Notes under the pieces: generated by a model
What the model was told of the DNA's origin: nothing
Seen by the model: only the letters and a program-made list of their open reading frames with translations
The model's database searches: none
In this document: positions 8,256-18,538 of the stretch, in pieces
Position numbering within the stretch: the stretch's first letter is position 1
Layout: every line of letters starts with the position of its first letter
Made by a program: the position numbers and the translations under genes
Assembly (NCBI GenBank): GCA_039809385.1
Contig: JBDHUY010000008.1
Span: 33,251-97,250 of the forward strand
Source: Candidatus Altimarinota bacterium
GTDB lineage: Bacteria > Patescibacteriota > Gracilibacteria > JBDHUY01
Direction: 5' to 3'
DNA: 64,000 nucleotides

Positions 8256-11200
8256 TTAGCTGTTCCGGTTGGCGTTCAAGATCGGATTGCTATTCGTATT
8301 ATTCTGATTGGAACCCGCGCTATTTACATTTTTATTTTCTTGAGGAGGTGCGCCCTTACAATCGCTGTAGCCGCGGAAACAGCCGTAATCGAACGAGAAG
8401 ATGGTAAAATCGGCAAAATCGACGCGGCCGTTTTTATCCAGATCGGAGCGCAGGGCATTGATAAATCCTTTGAAGAAGACCTCAATCCCCAAAGCTCCCA
8501 CGGGCGTGCCGCTACAGCTTTGCACATTTTTGATAGTAATTCCGTAGTTAAGGCCCGAAGTCTGTTCTTCAGTCTTCAGTACAATCGTATTTTCATTCTT
8601 AAATCCGCTGCTGATAACTTCCAGTTCACGTCTCGAATTGGCTACGTCGAAGACTCTGAAATCCGAGCCGTCGGGTGACACCGACGAGGATTTGACACAA
8701 CGCCAGAATTCCAATTCGACCGTCGTGGAATTAGGAGTATCTGTCAGTTTTACCTCGGGCGCGCGGCTATCAAATTTGAAGCCGCGAAAGTTCGACTGGT
8801 CGCCAAACCCGCTACGGAGAGAATTGCCGTTTTGGTCTTTGATGCGGGTATCGACTTTAACAGTATAGGCCTTGTCTGCTTCCTGTGTGGCGGTTGTCAA
8901 TACGACGATATAACTGCTAGTCGTCAATGTTGCCCCTGAAACCAGGAGCCGGCGACTGATATCGCCCCGATCAAAGATTTGAAAGTTAGCGCCCGACGTC
9001 TGGACCGTATCGGCATTGAGAGGCGCACTGAAACGTACTTCCAATTTATCCGCAGCAATCGCGGTAGCGGCTTCTATGGCAGGCGCGGTAACGCCGCTGG
9101 GGTTCGTGTCGACAACCCGCAACAAGATTTTACCCGCAGCTACGGCTCCCGATTTGTCCGTTGCGGTAATAAGTAACTCGTAGGGAGCAGAAGAAGGAGC
9201 GACTAATGGCGGAATATTGCCGCAAAACTTGAACCACTTCCCTTTGCCCTCGGTACGATCTTCTTCCATTTTATTGACCGGACTATTGCCCAACTCGCGC
9301 AGATCCAGATTCGCCTGAACGATATCGGCCGGACCGTCGGGATCGGTAATAAAGGCATATGAGCAGACTTGCGTCTTACCATCGTTGGCAACGGTAGCCG
9401 GACTGCTATACGAACGGTTTGAATCGACCAGGGGCGCGTTTTTAACAAGATCAGGAGAGACAACCTCGATTTCGAGGTCACGTTCACCGGTATTACTCTG
9501 TTTGTCGGTAACGGTGAGCGTAATACGATATTTTCCTTGTCCGGTGGTAGTAGGAACTTTTATATCTTTGAGTTCGTACCAGCTGCCCCGGCCTGCTGCG
9601 GCGCCTTTGCTGAGCTCTTTGGGAGCTATCCCGAGCTGGCCGAACGAAGCGGTTACTTTGCCGATATCGTCATCGCCGTCCTGATCTTCTACGAGCGCAA
9701 AGACGGAGAAAGTAGTGGTATTGTCCGGCGGAACGCGATTTGGCGAAACATAAGATTCGGATAAAATCCGGGGGGCGTTGACATCGTTGGAAACCCGGAT
9801 CGACACTGTGCCATTGGCAGTTTCTCCGGTAACATTGCTGGCGGTAATCGTGGCAATATAGGAGCCTTCGGCAATCTGGGGATTGACAGTGGCGCCTTCG
9901 GCTTTGAACCAGAACCCGTTGCCCACGGCCTCGCCGTCTTTGGTCATGGTTTTAACCGAATCTCCGACAACCGAAAGATCGGCAACTACTTTGCCAATCT
10001 TATCGGCTCCGTCGTCGTTGGTAACATAGGTGTATAACGTAAAGGTGGTTTTACCGTTATTGGGTACGGCGGGAGAAATGGTATATCCCTGACGTACCAG
10101 CGGCAAAACGCCGGTCTGTACGTCGTTTACCACAATAATATTGATTTTTCCGGCGGCGACTTTGCCGATCCGGTTGGTTGCCGTGACAGTTACCTGGTAC
10201 GGGGTGCTGCTGGTAGCAACGGTATTAGGAATTTTTATATCCGGGAGAACAAACCACTGACTTTTATCGACGATCCGATTCGCCGTCATACGATTGCTGG
10301 CAGCCCCGCCGATCGGCGCGAGGTTGGCGTCTACGTATTCCAGATCCTCGACACCCCGCAGATCATCTATCTTTACCCACAGGGTCGTGGTCATCGTATT
10401 GTCGTTTTTGACGCGCGCCGGGCTAAAATACGAAGCTTTTTCGTCGACGCTGAGACCTTCGGCCTGATCCAGAATGGTAAAAGCACCTTCTTTGTCAATA
10501 CGTTGACCATTGCTTCCCAAGACCGAAATGCTACAAATACCGGACGGGGCGGTCGCGGGAACGCGTCCGCTGATTTCACTGCTATTGACGGTGACTGCAG
10601 TAAGAGCGGTGTTACAAACCCGCACTTCCTGAACTGAGGAGGGTAAATTGCGTCCCTTTATGACGATACTGGTTTCCTGACCTTTGAGAGCAAAATCGGG
10701 CGTGATACTTTGGATAAAGGCGTCACTGCCGGGCAGAGATCCGCCCGAAACGGTAATTTTGCCGTTTTGCGAAGTTACCGGCAAGGTCGTACCGTTTTGA
10801 TCGGCAATCGTCGTGGTAGCAATCGTAAGAGGGATCTGGCTTCCGGAAGTAACGCTTGATTTCACTTCGACATTCAGTTTCAGCACGGTAGTATTGGGAG
10901 CGATATCGATTCCGGTAGCCTGGGCCATGGCTATCTGGATCCGCCCGGGATCGTTGGTATTTTTTACGATCAAAAAGCCGGAAGTGGCTAAACCGGTATT
11001 AGAAGCGTCAAAGATCGAGATCTGATCCGCCGGATAGCTCACTACCAGCTGAATTCCAGCCACTTTGGCGAGTGATTTTCCGATTTTTACTTCGACTTCG
11101 CCGGTTTGGCCGGAGCTGGCCTGATAGTTTTGCGGAATATACAGATCGGCGGTTTGAGACGTACCCGTATTCGTCGGAAAGAGGCTCGTAAAAAGATACG

Positions 11201-11291
11201 GACTGGATCCAAAGAGCAGCGTCAGTACCAATACAGCTGCGAAAACGATCAATCCAGTTATTTTTTTAGACAGCCGCGGGGTGTTTTGCAT
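8256..11291 (-). CDS. large surface protein: cohesin + IPT/TIG + four ~105-aa beta repeats + two Ig-like domains + dockerin-like EF-hand
   Basis: N-terminal TM; cohesin-like VAGIQLVVSYP..GRIQIAMA..VLKLNVEV..NGKITV; IPT IQSITP..IVIKGRNL; repeats SP.V.N(D)..T..D..G..D; C-terminal DLDKNGRVDFADFTIFSFDYG. Confidence 0.8.
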   Translation of the reverse strand: MQNTPRLSKKITGLIVFAAVLVLTLLFGSSPYLFTSLFPTNTGTSQTADLYIPQNYQASSGQTGEVEVKIGKSLAKVAGIQLVVSYPADQISIFDASNTGLATSGFLIVKNTNDPGRIQIAMAQATGIDIAPNTTVLKLNVEVKSSVTSGSQIPLTIATTTIADQNGTTLPVTSQNGKITVSGGSLPGSDAFIQSITPDFALKGQETSIVIKGRNLPSSVQEVRVCNTALTAVTVNSSEISGRVPATAPSGICSISVLGSNGQRIDKEGAFTILDQAEGLSVDEKASYFSPARVKNDNTMTTTLWVKIDDLRGVEDLEYVDANLAPIGGAASNRMTANRIVDKSQWFVLPDIKIPNTVATSSTPYQVTVTATNRIGKVAAGKINIIVVNDVQTGVLPLVRQGYTISPAVPNNGKTTFTLYTYVTNDDGADKIGKVVADLSVVGDSVKTMTKDGEAVGNGFWFKAEGATVNPQIAEGSYIATITASNVTGETANGTVSIRVSNDVNAPRILSESYVSPNRVPPDNTTTFSVFALVEDQDGDDDIGKVTASFGQLGIAPKELSKGAAAGRGSWYELKDIKVPTTTGQGKYRITLTVTDKQSNTGERDLEIEVVSPDLVKNAPLVDSNRSYSSPATVANDGKTQVCSYAFITDPDGPADIVQANLDLRELGNSPVNKMEEDRTEGKGKWFKFCGNIPPLVAPSSAPYELLITATDKSGAVAAGKILLRVVDTNPSGVTAPAIEAATAIAADKLEVRFSAPLNADTVQTSGANFQIFDRGDISRRLLVSGATLTTSSYIVVLTTATQEADKAYTVKVDTRIKDQNGNSLRSGFGDQSNFRGFKFDSRAPEVKLTDTPNSTTVELEFWRCVKSSSVSPDGSDFRVFDVANSRRELEVISSGFKNENTIVLKTEEQTSGLNYGITIKNVQSCSGTPVGALGIEVFFKGFINALRSDLDKNGRVDFADFTIFSFDYGCFRGYSDCKGAPPQENKNVNSAGSNQNNTNSNPILNANRNS

Positions 11292-11418
11292 GTTAGTTTG
11301 GGTATGTGGTTTTTTACCAGAAAATCAAGAAAGTATATCAAAAAAACATGGTTTTTGTAAGATTCCGGCATACGAATAGGCTTTACAGATTATTTTTTAG
11401 TATCTAATAGCATTCCTC

Positions 11419-11446
11419 TTGATCGGGCAGGGAGTTGTGCTATAGT
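11419..11446 (+). promoter_or_regulatory. sigma70-like promoter for the M20 peptidase
   Basis: TTGATC-16 bp-TATAGT with extended -10 TG. Confidence 0.45.
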
Positions 11447-11479
11447 ACCTCCCAACTTTTGACGTTTTTCCCTAAACCT

Positions 11480-12985
11480 ATGATCCAAAATTTAGAGAGC
11501 TTTAAAACGGATTCTCTTCTGTTACAGCGGACGCTTGAGATCTTCAGCGATATAACCGATATTCCGCGCCCGTCCAAAGGGGAAGGAAAAATCCAAAAAT
11601 TCCTATACGAATTCGCTGAAAAACAAGGATGGCAAGTATTCAAAGACACAACCGGCAATCTGGTTGTCCATGTCCCGCCTACTCCCGGACAAGCAAAGAA
11701 GAAAAGGATAGTCTTGCAGGGACACATGGACATGGTCAATATGGGAGGCAACGAGTCCAAAGCAACCGATGCCCATATCCAGAACGAGACGATCGAGATG
11801 GATAGCGGAGAGACAGAACACCCGTTTTTAAAGACCATACAGAATGAAACGACCCTCGGAGCAGACAACGCCTTATTCGGGATTGCTGCACCGTTAGCCT
11901 TTTTGTCGGATACGACGGTTCAGCACGGTCCAATAACGCTTATCTTTACCGTGGACGAAGAAGATGGCATGAGTGGGGCGAGAAATCTGGATAAAAATCT
12001 ACTGCCTCAGGATGCTGCGATGATCTTTAATCTGGATGCCGAAAACCGCGGCATGGTCTTTGCCGGTGCAGCCGGGAATCGGAGTGTAGATGCTTCGATG
12101 AAAATTAGCGAACGAACGGATATTCTGGAAACACACAACGTGTACACCTTGACTCTCAGGTTACCAGGGTTGGATAACCGCCATTCGGGAAGCGGACTGG
12201 GCTGGAAAAACGGGAATATCAGCGCAACCGAAATTTTGATGAACCATTTGCAACCTCTTCTAAAAAAATATCCGGAAGATATACAGTTCATTGCCTTTGA
12301 CGGTGGAGACGCCCCCAATGCCATCCCCGAGACCTTTTCGGTCCAGCTGGCAATTCCACCCCATATTATTAATGAATTGATGCTGCTGACCCGACCCGCG
12401 ACTCCGTTTCCGTTTGAGGGCAAGCTCGTCATACAAGAGAACCTTCAACCGGAACTCAAAGCACTCCGTCATGAAATTGCGCAAAAGGTGCTAAGCGTTC
12501 TCACAGAGTCTCCCAAAGGGCCTACGATTCGATCTGAAGATGCTCCGTTCGTACTGGTTTCGAACAATATCGGACAGATTACTACCGATGAAAAATCGAT
12601 TAGCCTCCGCAGTCTGGCTCGAGCAGCCACAAAAGAGGGATTGGATGAAATTGTCGATCAAATGACAACTATTCTGGGAAAAAATGACTTTCAGATCTCT
12701 TTGGGAGAATACAATCCGCCCTGGGAAAATGAAGAGCCTTTGCCCGCAGTCCAGCTGGTCAGAGAAGCTATGCAAGCAGTCTTAGGAATAGAGCCACGGA
12801 TCGTGCAGATTCACGCATCGGTGGAGACAGGCCTCGTACGCGACAAATTTGATTCGCAAGACATTTCGGCAGCCTCGTTCGGCGTCGCTATCCACGGAGC
12901 TCATTCCAAAAAAGAGAGAGCCGATCTGGTCTCTCTGGAGGAATCGCTGAACGTACTCCGATATATCCTGGAACACAGTCCCTAA
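11480..12985 (+). CDS. pepD: M20 family aminoacyl-histidine dipeptidase (PepD-like)
   Basis: IPRPSKGE, LQGHMDMV, TTLGADN, FTVDEEDGM, NLDAE, HSG, IHASVETG, HSKKER metal-binding motifs; ORF track start 11435. Confidence 0.85.
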   Translation: MIQNLESFKTDSLLLQRTLEIFSDITDIPRPSKGEGKIQKFLYEFAEKQGWQVFKDTTGNLVVHVPPTPGQAKKKRIVLQGHMDMVNMGGNESKATDAHIQNETIEMDSGETEHPFLKTIQNETTLGADNALFGIAAPLAFLSDTTVQHGPITLIFTVDEEDGMSGARNLDKNLLPQDAAMIFNLDAENRGMVFAGAAGNRSVDASMKISERTDILETHNVYTLTLRLPGLDNRHSGSGLGWKNGNISATEILMNHLQPLLKKYPEDIQFIAFDGGDAPNAIPETFSVQLAIPPHIINELMLLTRPATPFPFEGKLVIQENLQPELKALRHEIAQKVLSVLTESPKGPTIRSEDAPFVLVSNNIGQITTDEKSISLRSLARAATKEGLDEIVDQMTTILGKNDFQISLGEYNPPWENEEPLPAVQLVREAMQAVLGIEPRIVQIHASVETGLVRDKFDSQDISAASFGVAIHGAHSKKERADLVSLEESLNVLRYILEHSP

Positions 12986-12991
12986 TTGCGT

Positions 12992-13495
12992 TTATAGCGA
13001 AATATCAGCTTTCACAGGCGGGAGAAGTTGCGTACGAAATTCATCGTCAAATACCTGAATCTCACCCAGAGACAGGACCGTGGCAGACTTTTTCAAGATC
13101 AGGAAATGAAAGGTAAGAAATTTTTGATCCTGCGGATCGGCCTCTTTGGCCGAGGCGAGCGCAAAAGAAACGGTATTTTTTTCGGTATTGGTCGTAAGCA
13201 GAAAATCATCGAGCACTTTATGCTTTTCCACCGAGAGGAATTGCAGGGTTTCGGGATCAAAGGCGAGGCTTGCCGAAAGACCGCTCATCTTACGGAGTTC
13301 CTGCCCCTGCAGTACTATCTCAAGACGGCTGCCCTGAATCGTGGGATTCAGAAACCGGAGCGTTTGCTCGGGAGCGCTGCTGTGCTGGGACTCAGTAGGT
13401 GGAAGAGTCGGGCTGGAAGGAGCATTGCTAAAAGAGCAGGCTGTGCACAACAACAGGATTCCCGAAAAGACAAAAGTGAGAGGACGAAAGCGCAT
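12992..13495 (-). CDS. lipoprotein with cohesin-like domain
   Basis: lipobox LLLCTAC; MSGLSASLAFDPETLQFLSV..VSFALAS..FLTFHF cohesin pattern. Confidence 0.75.
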   Translation of the reverse strand: MRFRPLTFVFSGILLLCTACSFSNAPSSPTLPPTESQHSSAPEQTLRFLNPTIQGSRLEIVLQGQELRKMSGLSASLAFDPETLQFLSVEKHKVLDDFLLTTNTEKNTVSFALASAKEADPQDQKFLTFHFLILKKSATVLSLGEIQVFDDEFRTQLLPPVKADISL

Positions 13496-13506
13496 AGATA
13501 GTTTTT

Positions 13507-13634
13507 ATACTACTTCGCTCATCAGATGATTACCATTACCCAATACTACGAAGCTTGAAATAAGCTTGCTATAGGGCAATTATCATGAAATGCTTCGTAG
13601 TATCATTAATATAAGATTGAAAGCGAAGGAGTAT
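13507..13634. other. nested inverted repeat (~128 nt)
   Basis: ATACTACTTCGCT(13507)/AGCGAAGGAGTAT(13622) enclosing perfect ATACTACGAAGC(13543)/GCTTCGTAGTAT(13592). Confidence 0.6.
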
Positions 13635-13858
13635 TATTTTTTTTGACGGGCTTCGATTGCAGTGAGAAAATCGAGAACACGGTCCAGTACGGCTTCTTCT
13701 TCTTTTTGCTCGCGGATTGCTAGAACAAGCGCTTTTCCCAACATATCGATCTCGGCTGTAGTAAGATCCGAAACGCGGCGTAAAAGGTCTTCTTTTACAT
13801 CGGACGACAGGAGATTAGAAGCCTGAATCAATTCGCGTAACGCTGCTAGTTTATTCAT
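13634..13858 (-). CDS. small helical hypothetical protein
   Basis: ATG at 13858 (MNKLAAL...) just after the stop of the upstream ORF; ORF track start 13918. Confidence 0.55.
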   Translation of the reverse strand: MNKLAALRELIQASNLLSSDVKEDLLRRVSDLTTAEIDMLGKALVLAIREQKEEEAVLDRVLDFLTAIEARQKK

Positions 13859-13865
13859 AGTTTTT

Positions 13866-14477
13866 TTAAGAAAAGGCATCCAATGCTGCTGGGGACACAC
13901 CAGGAGATCTGAGCGCATCCCGAATCTTGCGCCAACCTAATATCACCCGTGGAAGGTCGGCTTTTCCCTGTAAAAATGTTTCAACCAGATGGGTAGGAAG
14001 AATTCCTGCCAAAAGAGCATCAGGGATTTCCGGTATAAGCGCCCAGCCTACTGCCACATCAGGGGTAGGATCTATGGGAACATTTACTTTGAACCAGGCT
14101 AGGAAGGTTTTTACAATTTTTGCGCCATCCGCTCCCCACGACAGAGCTTCACCACCAAAAAGAATTGGCACTACGTCCGACACGGATATACCCAAGTTAA
14201 TTACTAATCGGTACAAAGCCTCGACCGCCACCGCAACATCCGGATCTTCAGCAAGATACTGTAGGGTATCGGGAGTCATATTTTTCCTCCTCCCGGTGAG
14301 GGTTGCCACCGTTTGAATCAGAGCATATCGGCCAGGTCCGTCCAGCACTTGACGCACCTTTTCGCCGACACCTTTCTGAACCTTGTCTGAAAATCGCGCA
14401 AATTCCGGAGATCCAGGTTTTCCTTTTCTTTCTATACTTACTGAAGGTTGTCGAGATGAATTTTCACGTAATGGCAT
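13866..14477 (-). CDS. hypothetical protein
   Basis: 203-aa ORF, co-oriented with neighbours; no family recognised. Confidence 0.6.
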   Translation of the reverse strand: MPLRENSSRQPSVSIERKGKPGSPEFARFSDKVQKGVGEKVRQVLDGPGRYALIQTVATLTGRRKNMTPDTLQYLAEDPDVAVAVEALYRLVINLGISVSDVVPILFGGEALSWGADGAKIVKTFLAWFKVNVPIDPTPDVAVGWALIPEIPDALLAGILPTHLVETFLQGKADLPRVILGWRKIRDALRSPGVSPAALDAFS

Positions 14478-14618
14478 ATGATGGAAGATGAGAATAAATT
14501 TATCCCATTGTAATTAAACGGATAGCGTTAGCAACGTATTTGTTATTAAGGATTTTACCTCCTAAGATCGGGGTGATTTGGCAGTCCTAATAAAACGTTT
14601 CATTTCTTTTTTTACCCA

Positions 14619-14644
14619 AGGCAGACACGTGGGGCTGCCCCTAC
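14619..14644 (-). repeat. GTAG-type REP palindrome
   Basis: reverse complement GTAGGGGCAGCCCCACGTGTCTGCCT, just downstream of the stop of 14656-18339. Confidence 0.7.
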
Positions 14645-14655
14645 GCTACTCGCTT

Positions 14656-17600
14656 CTACCGGGTCAACTCCCTAAGCGCGCAGATCGCTTCGGGCACGCC
14701 GATCCGTCCGTCACCGTTGATATCTGCGAAAATATTGATAAACGGATCAGTCTGCTTCTTCGTTCCGACCGCCGCCTGCAGCGCAAAGATCGGATCCAGA
14801 ATATCAAACTGGCCGTTCCCATTCACGTCACACTTATTCACTTCCGACACCACCCGCAGGGGCACTGTCAGGCGCCGATCGATCTTGTTATCGGCACAAC
14901 TGGTCGCCTGCACCCGGATCGGGTACGTACCGTTTTGTACGGTAAATGGTACTCTAAATTCGAGATAGTACCAGCGCCCCCGGCCTTCGGACTCGGCAGG
15001 TTGCAAACGCCATTGACTGTTACAATCCCCGATCTGCGATCCGCTGCCGGTACACACGGGAGCAATATTAAGCTGCGAAAGATCGGCAGAAACTACACAG
15101 ATATCATCCCTGTTGCCGCTATCGCTTTCGACAAACACCCAGAAACGCGTACTGTAGCCACGAGCGACCGGGTTAGGATTGAAATGAGGTTCGTACCCAG
15201 CCGGATTGACCTCTGGAAAGGTCGGATTCACGGCTATGGTAATCGCATTGCTGGTCAAACTGTTAAACGTCCCCGAAATGCGGGTCGTACCAGTTTTTTT
15301 GGCAGCGAAGAGTCCTAGCGAATCAACCGCACCGATATCGGCATTACTGCTTGACCAGCTGAGCGCGGAAGTCACATCGACAAATTTGGTTTGGCCTGTC
15401 GCGGGATCTTTGTATTCGGCCAGCGCCTTGAGCGGAATAGTACCACCGATATCGGCCCCGAGTGAAATATTCAGCGGGAACGTCCCCTGCTCCTGTACCA
15501 GATTGGTAGTCGTAATATCAAAGGTCGGCTGGGAACCGCTGTAACGGACCGTAACGAGCGCATAGGCTTTATTTTGACCACTGCTCAGAGTCAGTACATC
15601 TTGGCCGCTGATAGAACCGGCGGTGTAGGTAACGGACTCGCCGGCTGTCCGGTCAAGAGAACCGCCTGCATTTCCGCGTAACGACCAAGTGACCGCGTTA
15701 CTGCTGCTGAGACGCGAAACTGCGCGGAACGAGACAGTATTGTTCGTCACTTGGTAACCGATCATCAGATCGTTAAACGGATTGGTAACGATATAGAGGT
15801 TTTGAAGCTGTAATTTACAGGTATCATCCGAAACGCACTGACGCTGGCCGCTGCCCGGAACTTTTTTACACACGTTAGTGCCGGCTTCGCAGACCGCATC
15901 GAAACAACTATCGTCCGAGGAACATTGCTTCTGTCCGGTACCGGGAATCGTGGCACACTGCAGATTCTGGCAGATCCGGTCGCTACAGCGGTCGGAGTTG
16001 GGCGTGGTGGTAAACGTACACTGGCCGTTAGTACATTGCCAGTCGGTGGTTTCGGTCGTCCCATTACACATCTGACTGGGGCGGCACTCGTCTTTGACGT
16101 TACAGGTTTTGAGCGCAATGTTAAACGTATTGCTACCGCGATTGATGGTTAAAGCGGTAGTTACAGCCGGGTCGTCTTTACACGGAGAAGCCACGTTCGT
16201 AACGCCTACGGTATAACCGACATTCGAAGGAATAGCTTCAATGATATAATTACCATCACTCCCGGTGGTAACGGGTCCGAGCGTAACACCTTTGGAAATG
16301 CTCACCCGGGCACCCGACACGGGATTATTGTTACACGTAACTTTTCCGGTCAAAGTACCGTTATTATTGCCATTGCCGTTTTGATTCTGACCGCCTCCCC
16401 CGCCATTAGTATTGAAATTCTGCCCACTGTTATTGTTGAGGTTACCGTTCTGTCCGCTGCCGTTATTCTGATTTTGATTGAGAACGCCATTCTGGTTCCC
16501 GTTTTGCGAACCGTTCTGATTCCCGTTGGAAGAAGAAGCTGCGCACACAAATATATAGCTGTGATTTTCGATGATATTCGATACGGTGAAAGTAAGTGTA
16601 TTTCCGTTCACATTACTCATATTGCTTTGAATATTGGAAAGAGGCGTACCATTATCCTTGATCGCATTCAACTGAAAACCCGACTGAATCGTGACATCAA
16701 TAGAGGCCGTACTGCCGGAAGATATCTGCTGACTGGCAGGACGAACCGAGCAGCCCGCACCTTCGGTTGCAGCAGTAACAGTAAAGGGACCGGAGCCGCC
16801 ACCGCTACCCGGAACCAGCCGGAAGTTGCCACCGCTCAATGCATGCAGACCGTTATTTCCATCAGAAATATCGACTGAGAAGCGAATTCCTGTTTCGGCT
16901 ACGCTTTGCCCTGCTTTGGGTTTAAAACGGATGGTAAACAATCCGATCGGAACGCTGGAAGGAGTAAGCGCCGTCCCCGACGTCGCCTGAACATTATAAA
17001 TGCCGCTGCCGATCTGCTCGGAACCGGTTGCCGTCAAAGCTCCGCCCGGATAGGTCGAGGTAAGCGTAATCGCATTTTTATTCGGCTCAAGGTAGGCAGG
17101 TAAGTTTTCGAAGCGAAAGGTATAGCCGCGCACACTAGGCGTAGTACTGCTACCGGCCGGTTTATCGAGCGAAACTTTAATCTCTTCGGTGCCGTCCTCA
17201 TTGACCCGGTAGCTCTCTTTATCCAGACAGACGCGAGCAAAATTATCCGAGATGCATACCGGATTGGCGGCCGCATTACTATTGCCATTGCCGCTACTGC
17301 TGCCCGTCGTTAAACGAAATTTACCACCGGTAAGAGAATGTAATGTATTTTGCTGATCCGACAGATCGGCTAAAAAATTTATATCGGTTGGGGTAACGGT
17401 AACACCGGCGATCGGACGAAAGCGGATCGAAAATAACGGAGTAGGCACGCTGGAAGGTGTAACGGCACTCCCCGAAGTCGCTTGGACGCGGTACTCGCCA
17501 TTTTGAATCTGGTCGGCCCCGCTCGCCGTAAGGCCATTCAGCAAGGAGGTGACCGTAATATTGTTTTTAGCCGGCTGCAGATAGCCCGGCAGATTTTTAA

Positions 17601-18339
17601 ACGTAACCGTGTAGCCACGTAAGGCCGGAGTCGCACTGCTGTTGGGAGATTTCTGCAAACTCACTCGAATTTCCTCTGTCCCGTCGCTGTTGACTTGATA
17701 GGATTCTTTGTCCACGCAAATACTGGCAAAATTATCGGAAATACAGGTAATACCCGGCGATCCTCCGCCGCCCGAGCCGGTAAGCTGAATCGCGGAAGCA
17801 GAGGACATGCTGTGCTTACCCCCGACATTGTCGGCTACCTCGGCTTTAAATTGGATGGACGAAGCAGCTACGGTTTGACCCGCGCGTACCTTAAACGTGA
17901 TACGAAACGCTTCGGAAGTTCCGGTAATATCTTTGGGAGAACCGGTGCTCAACACGACGTTAAACGTCCGATCATTCAGGATTGCGCTGCTGGGCACGAG
18001 CGTGGCACCGGCGAAATCGCTGCCGAGCGTTACTTCGGGTGTATCAAGAAAAGATGGTAATTGAGCAAACTGAACACTGAGTGCCCCTACCCGCGGGTTT
18101 TGCGAAGCGTTAGCCGGTTTCTGAACGCGAAAACTGATCGTTTCGAAACGGTCGCCCGAAACGGCGTAGCTGTCTTTATCCGTACTGAAAACGATATAGT
18201 TGTCGCTTGAAGAAACCAGCGCGGTCTTCAACTGGCTTCCAAGGCCGTTTACTATCAATACCAAAACTGTCAAGATGAGGAACGCCAGACCAGAGAAGAA
18301 CACGCGAGGATGGATTTTTTGGAAAAGTTTGTTTTTCAC
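14656..18339 (-). CDS. large surface protein: three cohesin-like repeats, N/Q/G linker, carboxypeptidase-regulatory-like, Cys-rich repeats, Big_2-like, C-terminal two-repeat dockerin
   Basis: N-terminal TM; repeats DN....DK.SY.V..D..E.I; LTGKVTCNNNPVSGARV; WSSSNADIGAVDSLG; dockerin CDVNGNGQFDILDPIFALQ...ADINGDGRIGVPEAICALR. Confidence 0.85.
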   Translation of the reverse strand: MKNKLFQKIHPRVFFSGLAFLILTVLVLIVNGLGSQLKTALVSSSDNYIVFSTDKDSYAVSGDRFETISFRVQKPANASQNPRVGALSVQFAQLPSFLDTPEVTLGSDFAGATLVPSSAILNDRTFNVVLSTGSPKDITGTSEAFRITFKVRAGQTVAASSIQFKAEVADNVGGKHSMSSASAIQLTGSGGGGSPGITCISDNFASICVDKESYQVNSDGTEEIRVSLQKSPNSSATPALRGYTVTFKNLPGYLQPAKNNITVTSLLNGLTASGADQIQNGEYRVQATSGSAVTPSSVPTPLFSIRFRPIAGVTVTPTDINFLADLSDQQNTLHSLTGGKFRLTTGSSSGNGNSNAAANPVCISDNFARVCLDKESYRVNEDGTEEIKVSLDKPAGSSTTPSVRGYTFRFENLPAYLEPNKNAITLTSTYPGGALTATGSEQIGSGIYNVQATSGTALTPSSVPIGLFTIRFKPKAGQSVAETGIRFSVDISDGNNGLHALSGGNFRLVPGSGGGSGPFTVTAATEGAGCSVRPASQQISSGSTASIDVTIQSGFQLNAIKDNGTPLSNIQSNMSNVNGNTLTFTVSNIIENHSYIFVCAASSSNGNQNGSQNGNQNGVLNQNQNNGSGQNGNLNNNSGQNFNTNGGGGGQNQNGNGNNNGTLTGKVTCNNNPVSGARVSISKGVTLGPVTTGSDGNYIIEAIPSNVGYTVGVTNVASPCKDDPAVTTALTINRGSNTFNIALKTCNVKDECRPSQMCNGTTETTDWQCTNGQCTFTTTPNSDRCSDRICQNLQCATIPGTGQKQCSSDDSCFDAVCEAGTNVCKKVPGSGQRQCVSDDTCKLQLQNLYIVTNPFNDLMIGYQVTNNTVSFRAVSRLSSSNAVTWSLRGNAGGSLDRTAGESVTYTAGSISGQDVLTLSSGQNKAYALVTVRYSGSQPTFDITTTNLVQEQGTFPLNISLGADIGGTIPLKALAEYKDPATGQTKFVDVTSALSWSSSNADIGAVDSLGLFAAKKTGTTRISGTFNSLTSNAITIAVNPTFPEVNPAGYEPHFNPNPVARGYSTRFWVFVESDSGNRDDICVVSADLSQLNIAPVCTGSGSQIGDCNSQWRLQPAESEGRGRWYYLEFRVPFTVQNGTYPIRVQATSCADNKIDRRLTVPLRVVSEVNKCDVNGNGQFDILDPIFALQAAVGTKKQTDPFINIFADINGDGRIGVPEAICALRELTR

Positions 18340-18353
18340 GACAAGGAATGGGG

Positions 18354-18538
18354 ATCTAGTATAAAGTATCTGGTATTACGTATTTGGTATGGGACATCGG
18401 TTTTTATGGATTTTCGACTTTTTATGATTTTTTCGATTTAGTCCTTCTCTTTGCTGTCAGCTGTCAACTGTAAGCTTGTTGTCGCTCCTAACTCCCAACT
18501 CCAATCTCCCGACTCTCCGCACATGGGTCTGCACCTAC
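18354..18538. repeat. mosaic intergenic block of heptamer/nonamer arrays ending in a GTAG REP
   Basis: GTAT heptamers 18354-18390, nonamers ~18398-18440, CTGTCAG/CTGTAAG heptamers 18452-18476, CTCC heptamers 18485-18518, REP 18518-18538 whose TAG is the stop of the upstream gene. Confidence 0.7.

Noticed and set aside
14578-15318. 246-aa plus-strand ORF and similar antisense ORFs (e.g. 962-1513, 26684-27445, 35144-35743, 47598-48146)
   Set aside because: Shadow ORFs opposite well-supported genes, with no recognisable motifs
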